A stretch of 64,000 bases of DNA. Origin: Glaucostegus cemiculus (lineage: Eukaryota). The notes under the pieces are model-generated. The model was not told the origin of the DNA. It searched no databases and saw only the letters and a list, made by a program, of their open reading frames with translations. Where the stretch lies: the NCBI GenBank assembly GCA_976551045.1, contig CDPCPM010000033.1, positions 27,342,001 through 27,406,000 on the forward strand. Direction: 5' to 3'. Below, in pieces: positions 54,901 through 63,900 of the stretch (position 1 is its first letter; every line of letters begins with the position of its first letter). A program made the translations under genes and the position numbers.

Positions 54901-57900
54901 AGTTTCACCTGCTTTTACAATTAATACTCCAGTAAGCTTTAGATCCAAGACTGGTTTCTGCACTTCTGGCTTGACAATAATATAATCAGTCTTCACCCAA
55001 TTGCTTTCACCGCCTTCATTCTTGGTTTGAACTCTAAACTGGTAACTCTGGTTCTCAATACATCTGTCAACCATGAAACTTGTCTCTTTAATACTTCCTT
55101 TGTGCATTCTTTCCCATTCATCTGAGTCCTTTAATCTTCTCTCGACATGATAGGACAGGTTAGGGCTACCACCATCATAATCAGGTCTTCTCCATTTAAG
55201 TAGGACAAATGTCTTTCCTATATCAGCAACATGAAGGTTTTCTGGTTCTCCAGGCTTTTCAACAGGATCAATTGCTAAGATTGGTGTCTTAGTTTCAATT
55301 GTTGGACCGAGTCCAACTTTGTTTTCTGCACATACACGGAAGAAGTACTCATGATTTGTTGTAAGTTGAACTTTGACCACACGTTTAGTTAAATCAGATG
55401 AGATCAAAGACCATCCTCTCTGACTGGGTTGACGGCTTTCTGCTATGTAGTTAGTAATTTCTGAGCCTCCATTATCATCCGGATTCTCCCAGGAAAGCAT
55501 ACAGGAATTTTTAGTGACATAGCTTGTCCTGATATTCTTACAAGGGCCAGGTCTATCAAGGACATTGACAGTAACAGCAGCTTGAACTTGTCCACTATTA
55601 TTTTTGGCAACAACATGGTATTTACCATGATCAGCTCTGGTTGCCTCTCTAATAAAGAGCTGTATAACAGGATAGTCATTATGAATCTCTGTACGCTTGC
55701 TAGCAACAAGTACCTTGCCTTCTTTTGACCATGTAATATCTGGATCTGGTCGACCTTTAACACGTCCTGTTATCGCAATAGTTTGTCCTACACGGACTGT
55801 GATTAGGTCACGGCAAACAATATCAAGTTCCAGCTCTGGAGGATGAAGAATATCTTTTGCAATTACAGATTCTGGAAGCTCCCTTGGTTCACCTTCACCA
55901 ATGACGTTGGCAGCCTTTATACGGAACCTGTATTCATTTCCTTCAATAAGGCCGGGTACTCTAAAAGCACATTGTGGGATTAAGTCATCTTTATTAATTC
56001 TATTCCACTTTGTAGTGTCAGATTTCTGGCATTCTACAATGTATCCTAAGATTGGGCTGCCTCCATCATTGCTGGGCTTTGTCCAGACTAAGTCAACAGT
56101 TTCTCTTGATTTGTCTTTCAGTTTAGGATTGATAGGTGGCCCGGGTGGTCTTATAGGACGGATTGCCGAGACTGGATCAGAGATTGGTGATGGTTTGCTT
56201 ATACCAGCAATATTTTCAGCAAATATTCTAAATTCATATGAATTACCTTCAAAAAGTCCAACAGTTCTCAATTTTAGATCTAATATTGGTGTCTTATTCA
56301 CACGGATCCATTTACCAGTTCTTTCCCTACGTTCCATTATGTAACCAATAATTGGACTACCACCATCATACTTTGGTACACCCCAAGAAACTGTAACTGC
56401 ATTTTCTGTTATATCATAAACAGCTGGCTTAGTAGGTGGGCCTGGAACATCAAACGCATACTTGGCTACGGTTGGTGTAGACTCTAATGGTTCACCAATA
56501 CCAATTTTATTTTCAGCTCGAACACGCATAATGTATTCACAGCCTTTCTGGAGACGTGGAATTTTAGCTTGGGTACTTGTGCTTCCAGAGGTAACTATAC
56601 CCCAGGTTTCCTTCTTAGTTTCTCGTTTCTCAACAATGTAATTCATAACAGGGCTTCCCCCATCATCCTTAGGTGGACGCCAAGAGATGATCATATGCTG
56701 TGGTGTTACTTCAAGGATATTGATTGGACCAACTGGAGGGCCTGGAATGTCCAGGACCGTCAAGTGTAGAGCCACTGACTTACTACCAGCTGGATTGGAG
56801 ACAGTAAGTATATATTCACCAGTATGTTTTCTAGTGCAATTCTTGATTGTTAGCATAGTAGAGCGGTTGTCAGTGTCAATCTTGTAGTTGCCTTCTGATT
56901 TAAGTTCAGTACTGTCAGTGACCCATTTCACGGAAGGAGTAGGAATACCTCTCATTAAAGCAGGAAGTTTGACAGTGCTGCCAGCCTTCACAACAAGCCC
57001 TTCAATCAAACTTACATCGACATCCACTGATGGTGACACTATAATACAAAAGTATAAATGAATCAATGTATATCAAGGAAGTGACAATGAAATAAAGAAT
57101 AAAAGCAATGGAAAGAGCAAAGCAAGTAAACAACCAACCTAATTTCTCCTGACATAGTACAGGTACAGTTGTATCTGGACGACTGAACCCAGCTGCATTT
57201 TGAGCTTTGACACGGAACCTGTATATCTTCCCCTGTTCTAAACCAGTTACAACACATTCAGGTATGCTAACAGTTTTGAACTTTATCCAGTCTTTTGCTC
57301 CTTCTTCCTGGTATTCAACTAAAAATCCCGTGATTTCTGAACCCCCATCACGATCTGGATAATTCCAAAGAAGAGACACCTCAGTCTTGTCCACATCAAC
57401 ATGATGCAAGTTCTTAGGTGGGCCAGGAGGAGCTGTAAAAATAAGCAACAATCTGATAAATTAAATGTTTTGGGTATAAATACTATGAGCTTTCATATGA
57501 AATTGTCAATCTCAGCAAATAACAACTTACATATTGGATCAATGGCCTTTGTAGGTTTTATTGATTCAATAAAGCTGCTTCTACCATACTGATTTTCAGC
57601 AGCCACACGGAACAAATACTGTGTGCCTTCCATTAAGTACTTAGCCATAATGCTGTGCTTTTTGCTTGTGGATGAGATTGGGATCCATTGAGGAGTTGCA
57701 ACATCTCGTTTTTCAATTATATAGTTAGAGATAACAGCACCACCATTGTCTTCTGGTTCCTTCCATGTCAGATAACATGAATCACTTCTAACTTCACTAA
57801 TATTCAAGTTACGTGGTGGACCAGGTTTATCTGAAAATGATTAACAGTTTCCTATTAATTTAGTTACTGATCAAATCAAATTGATTCAAATTGATACAAC

Positions 57901-60900
57901 TCTCATGTTCCATTCATATTACCTAATACAGTAACAGTACAAGCAGCACTCTTGCTACCAGCTTCATTCTCAACAGTTAATGAATAACAGCCACTGTCAT
58001 CTCTGACAGTATTAAGGATTTCAAGCTTGCTGCTTGTTGGGGTACTTTCAATATCAGCTTTTTGTGGTACTTCCTTGTCATTCTTTTTCCACATGATCTT
58101 TGGAATTGGCATTCCTTTTATGGCTGCACTGAGGGTTAAGATAGTTCCTGCTTTTATGTTTACACATCGAGCCATGTTGGCATCTACAAACAAGTCTGGA
58201 GCCTCTGCAAAGGAAATAAGAACGTTTTACATATACAGAACCAATTGCACAGAACAAAAGTCATTGCAAAACTTTTCAACGTGGAGTGATCTACATTGCA
58301 ATCCTGTACATCACTTACCAAGCCTGTCTTTTGCTTGGACAGGATCATGAACGTAAGCTGGATCTGATTCACCAGCTTGATTGACTGCGAAAATCCGGAA
58401 TTTGTAGGTATCACCTTCAGTAAGACCTGCCACCTTAAAATGAAGCTCAGGACAGGAGTCTGGTGTTTGATTGGCTTTCTTCCACTCTTCATCACCAACT
58501 TTCTGGTATTCCACTAAATATCCCAATATTCTGCCTCCTCCATCATGACGAGGAGGTTGCCAAGATAAATCAACGGTAGATTTAGTTTTGTCTACTGCTT
58601 GAGGAGTAACAGGTGGACTTGGTTTAACTGAATCAAGAATAAAATAGTGGTCATAATAAATCTTACAAATACATCATAAATTGTTATTTCAAAGAAAAGA
58701 AAGAAATGGATATAAATTGAATATACCTATTGGATCTTTTGCAAAGAAGGGTTTAGATGGTGGACTGGGATCACCAACTCCTATTTCATTTTCTGCAGAC
58801 ACACGGAATTCATATTCACAGCCTTCAAGGAGATCAGTTACAGTAAACTGAGTATCTGGATAAATTGGCTCTTTGGATACTCTTAACCAGCGATGGGACA
58901 TTGTTTCTTTCTTTTCCACAATATATTTAAAGATGGGCTTGCCACCATCCCGTGGTCGATTCCAAACAACCAGAGCAGAATCTTTAGTAATATTTTTTAC
59001 AACTGGTTGTTCTGGTGCTTCAGGAACCCCTTCAGAGAAAAGAATTACAACCAACTAAGTAAAGAAATTAACCAAGATTCCTTAATGCCTCAGAACAGTT
59101 TATAAACCCATTAAGAAAATAAGAGACAGAACATATTCGCTATTGCCATACATGAATAACATTTTATTTTATTATTAAAATAATAATGTATTTAATGCAA
59201 TATACTATGAAACTATAAATTGTCATATTCCAGACAATAAAAGATAGAAAACACACTTGATTTTTAAATTTACTTTTCTCAATATTTCCTCTTATTGACT
59301 TCCATTCAATCTGTTAGAAAACTCTGAGGTCTAGCACTTACTGTAACGATCTTTGGCTTTAACTTCTTCTGAAAGCAATGGGTCACTGATTCCATACATG
59401 TTTTCTGCATAGATACGAATAATATACTCCCTGCCCTCGATTAATCTTGGAACTTTGCAAGTTGTCTTTGTAGTTGAAGAAGTAACAGGCATCCAGAGCT
59501 CTCGGTTTGTATCCCTCTTTTCAACAATATAATTAGTGATTACACTGCCTCCATCATCAAGTGGAGGTTTCCAGGAAATATCCATTCTATCTCTGTGAAC
59601 TTCATTGAAAACAACAGGGCCAACTGGAGGCTGTGGACGATCTGAAAAAGGTAACATTTGGTTTCAATCCTGTATTCTAGCTCAATGTTATAGAACAATA
59701 GAACAATAGAACAATACAGCACAGAACAGGCCCTTCGGCCCATCAAGCTGTGCCATCCTGTTACAAGATGTTACAAGATCTTAATCTGAAAAAGGTTACA
59801 AATAATTAACTTACCAACCACAATAACTTCACATAGGCCCTTTCGTACCCCTGTGCTGTTCTCCAAAACCACACAGTATTTACCCGAATTAGCACGAACA
59901 CCTTTCAGAATTATTAGACATAGTTTTGTTGGAGTTGTGCTTATTTTTATGCAATTTGTCTCTTCAACTGGTTCATCATCCTTAAACCAAGAAACCTTTG
60001 GTGTAGGTTTCCCTTTGTATCGTCCTGTCAAGCTGAAGGATTCACCGACGCGCACAATAAACTTGTCTCGGAAATCCAGTTCGAGTGATGGTGGTTCTAA
60101 AGATAATTACACACAATTATTGCTATTCTGAAAAAAAAAAATTGAATTTACAACATATTTGAAATTAATCTTACCAAGCTGATCCTTGCAAATTATTGGT
60201 TTTGTACAGAATGACGGTTTCCCTTGGCCAACCTCATTTACTGCACTGACGCGGTACTCATACGTGTCACCTTCCTTTAAGCCACTATGTGTAAACATCC
60301 GATCTAACAATTTCTCTTTAGTAACTTTGAAGAACTTCTCTTTACCAATTAGACGACACTCAAGAACATACATTGTAATATCTGAGCCACCATCATATTT
60401 AGGAGGTTTCCATTTTAAGCTAACTGATTGCTTTGTAACTGCTGTTACTTCAAGATCTTCAGGACGTTCAGGGACAGCTACAAGTTAGAAAAATAGAAAG
60501 ATTTATGTATTTAGTGGATAAAATAGATTTATTTAATATTTAAAAATGGTAAACATTAAATTAGAAACATTACTTACACATTGGCTCTTTAACTATAATT
60601 TCTTGTCTTGTCTGCACCCATGGGCCCATGCCAATGATATTTTCAGCTGCAATTCTAAAGAAATAAGCATTTCCTGAAATCAGACCCTGGACAACAGCAT
60701 TCTGTCTAGTAACTGTGTATGTGACAGGTGACCAGCCACGACGTTCAACTTCACGCTTTTCAATTATATAGTTGGTAATAGCAGAACCACCATCATCTTC
60801 TGGAATGAACCATGTTAATTTGCAAGAATCATTTGTCAGGTTTTCACAGCGGAAAGGTTCACATACTGGCCCAGGAACATCTGTAATTAAGAAAAAAATA

Positions 60901-63900
60901 ATTTTACTTGTTCTTGAGAAAAACTGATTGCAAAAATTGTGAAAAAATTCTGCAAAATCAGAAAATAATATTTACCTAAAACTTCAACAATAATAGTCTT
61001 TCTTCTTTCACCTCCTACATTCTTGGCAATAAGGTTGTATACTCCTTGATGCTTTCGCTGACAATTCTTTATAACCAGAGCAGAACTGATCACAGTGGTT
61101 TCAATTGCAGCTTCTTTTGGTATTGGCTTATCATCCTTTTCCCATGATATCTCTGGAGCTGGTTTACCTGATACATATGCCAAGATACGAATTACACCAC
61201 CAGCGTGTACCACAATTCTGTCTCTCACGCTGGCATCCAAGTTAATATCTGGAACAACTGGAATGTAAAAAAGTTATGTCAGATATTTATTATTGCCAAA
61301 GTAGTGCATTGAAATAAAACAAAAAACATTCTTTTTTTGTCACCTGTTCTATCCTTGACTTCAATGGCATCAGAAACCTCTCCTGGATCACCAACTCCAG
61401 CAGCATTTACTGCCCTTACCCTGAATCTGTATACATTGCCCTCAATCAATCCTGGAACAACAAACTTGGTGCCTCTAATTTCTTTGTCTTTAACCTGTGA
61501 AAAACCAACAGAATGGTGAATATATAAATCAAAATAGAGAAATACTTCAATTTTGATGAAAATATGCAAGCATCATTCTTCCATGGTAGATAAGTGGCAG
61601 ATGGAAGGTAAAATCTAGCATCTTTAAGCCCTTTTCACATTGCTCTGACATTTCTGATTTTGTCTAAAGGGTTAATAAGGCCAGCGGCTATAATAGGTGT
61701 AGACTAAACATGACAACAAGAATGAAATCTCATTTTTTTTCAAGCATTGCTTTCAAAGAGAACCATCTACTGGGATTCTATGTCTTTAAATATGGGGGGA
61801 CTTACAAAATTAGATAAGAGAATGGTGGCCCCAAAATGTGAAAGGTCTTGCAGTTTCAAGGGTCTTTCAGAACATTGAACTTGAAGCTGATATTCTCATA
61901 CCAAAGCTGTTCAGCAGAACCGTCACTGCAGGTCTAAGGAGCTCAGTCTGCATTTTTGATTTTCCCCTTGTCTTAAGATCAGGCCAATGGGCAAAGCTGC
62001 ATTGGAATTGAGACTGAGCCATTTTAATAAATGGGCCCTCCCAATTTAGAAACTCTAAGAAATGGACAGGCAGACTGCCACGGTTGTGTTCAATCCCTGT
62101 CTGGCAAAGGCAGAGTTAGGAACCGGATTGGGATGGGGGCTAGTGGTAGTGGTGCTGGAGGGAGAAAAAATCTATTTGTAAAATCACATATATGTGTAAG
62201 AAGTATAAATCATTACTTTTGAATTTACCTTCTCCCACTCTTCCTTTCCTTCCTCCTTAAATTCAACAAAATAGCCAGTGATTCTGGATCCACCATCTTT
62301 TGTTGGTGGAGCCCATTCAAGATCGACTGTTGACTTAGTCCAGTCTGTTACCTTAGGAAATGGAGGACCAGGTGGTGCTGTTTCAAAAAAAAAGTACAGC
62401 TATGTGCATCATAAAGCTTAGGTTTCAAAACCAAATTCACAAGAAATGTAGTCTTTAGAATTCTATATTTGTTGATGTGTTATTACATTTGCTGTACATA
62501 AATAAAAAAGCACTGCTTGCATTGTAGCGATGTATCTGCAAAGGGCCGCTGACATTGCAAAAAGTTAGGATGCATAGAACTGTTTAAAGAGCTGCAAGAG
62601 AAATTATGCATGTACAAAAATCTCAAAATTCCAACCATAAAAAATGCTTACCTATGGGATCTCTTGCAACCACTGGGTCAGAAGGCACACTTGGAGGTCC
62701 AACACCTGCTGCATTGATAGCAAACACACGGAATTGATAAAATGAGCTTTCAATAAGGCCAGTTACATGATAGGATACTCCAAGTGGCATAATCCTAATT
62801 GGATCACGGTTTATCCTGTTCCATCTCTTTGCTGAGGTCTCTTTACGCTCTAACCAGTAGCCAGTTACTGGAGAGCCGCCATCATATTGTGGTTCTTCCC
62901 AGTTGACTACCATACTATCATGTTTCACACTACTTACAGTTGGCTTGTCACAAGGTCCAGGTACAGCTGTAAAAAGAAAAATTACCATTTTTAATAAACA
63001 AGGTATATTTTTACTGTCATTTTGAATTCTAAGTTTGAAAATTTAACATCCTAAGAAATCTTAGAGAAGTTGGCACAAAAAATTCAAATTATTTTTGTTA
63101 TTAAGCACAGAATTAAATACCTTATTTCTATTTTTTTTTAATGTCAACAGAAATACCATTAAGTATGAACTGAGAACTTCAGATAAATAATTTTATCAGT
63201 CCCAGAAATTAGATATTGGATGCACATATAATATCAAAATATAGAACGTGTGGAAGAAATTTATTTGAATACATACAAAACAGATTTCTTGCTGTCTCTG
63301 GTTCACTGTCAAGAGGTTTACCAATGCCATATTTATTCTGAGCCATAACACGGAATACATATTCGTGTCCTTCCAATAACCTGGGCACTTCACACATGCA
63401 TTCTTTAACATCACTGGTAACTTGAATCCAAGTCTTCCTACTTGCTTCTTTCTTTTGAACAACATAGTTGGTGATCTTAGAGCCACCATCATCCTTTGGA
63501 GGTAGCCATGAAAGGGTCATTTTCTCAGCACTAATTCCTTCAAACTTAATAGGACCCACTGGAGGACCAGGGTATCCTAATCAATAGAAAAAGAAAAACA
63601 TATTTTAAATTATATTTTATAGTATGCATAAACAAAACTAGACATTTCGTGAAAAAATAAAAGAAAAGTTACCAAGAACATTGAGTCGCATTTCCTTAGA
63701 ATCAGTGCCCAAGTTGTTTGTTGCAGTGAGTGTGTAAAGACCAGTGTCCTTTCGGAGAGACTGATGAATGAGTAGAGTGCAACCATCCTCAGTCACAATT
63801 TTGTTGACATGCTGATCATATTCTACTTTAGATTTTTCTTCTGGTTTATGGACAGGTGCTTTGTACCAAGTCAAAGTTGGGAATGGTGTGCCCTTCACTT

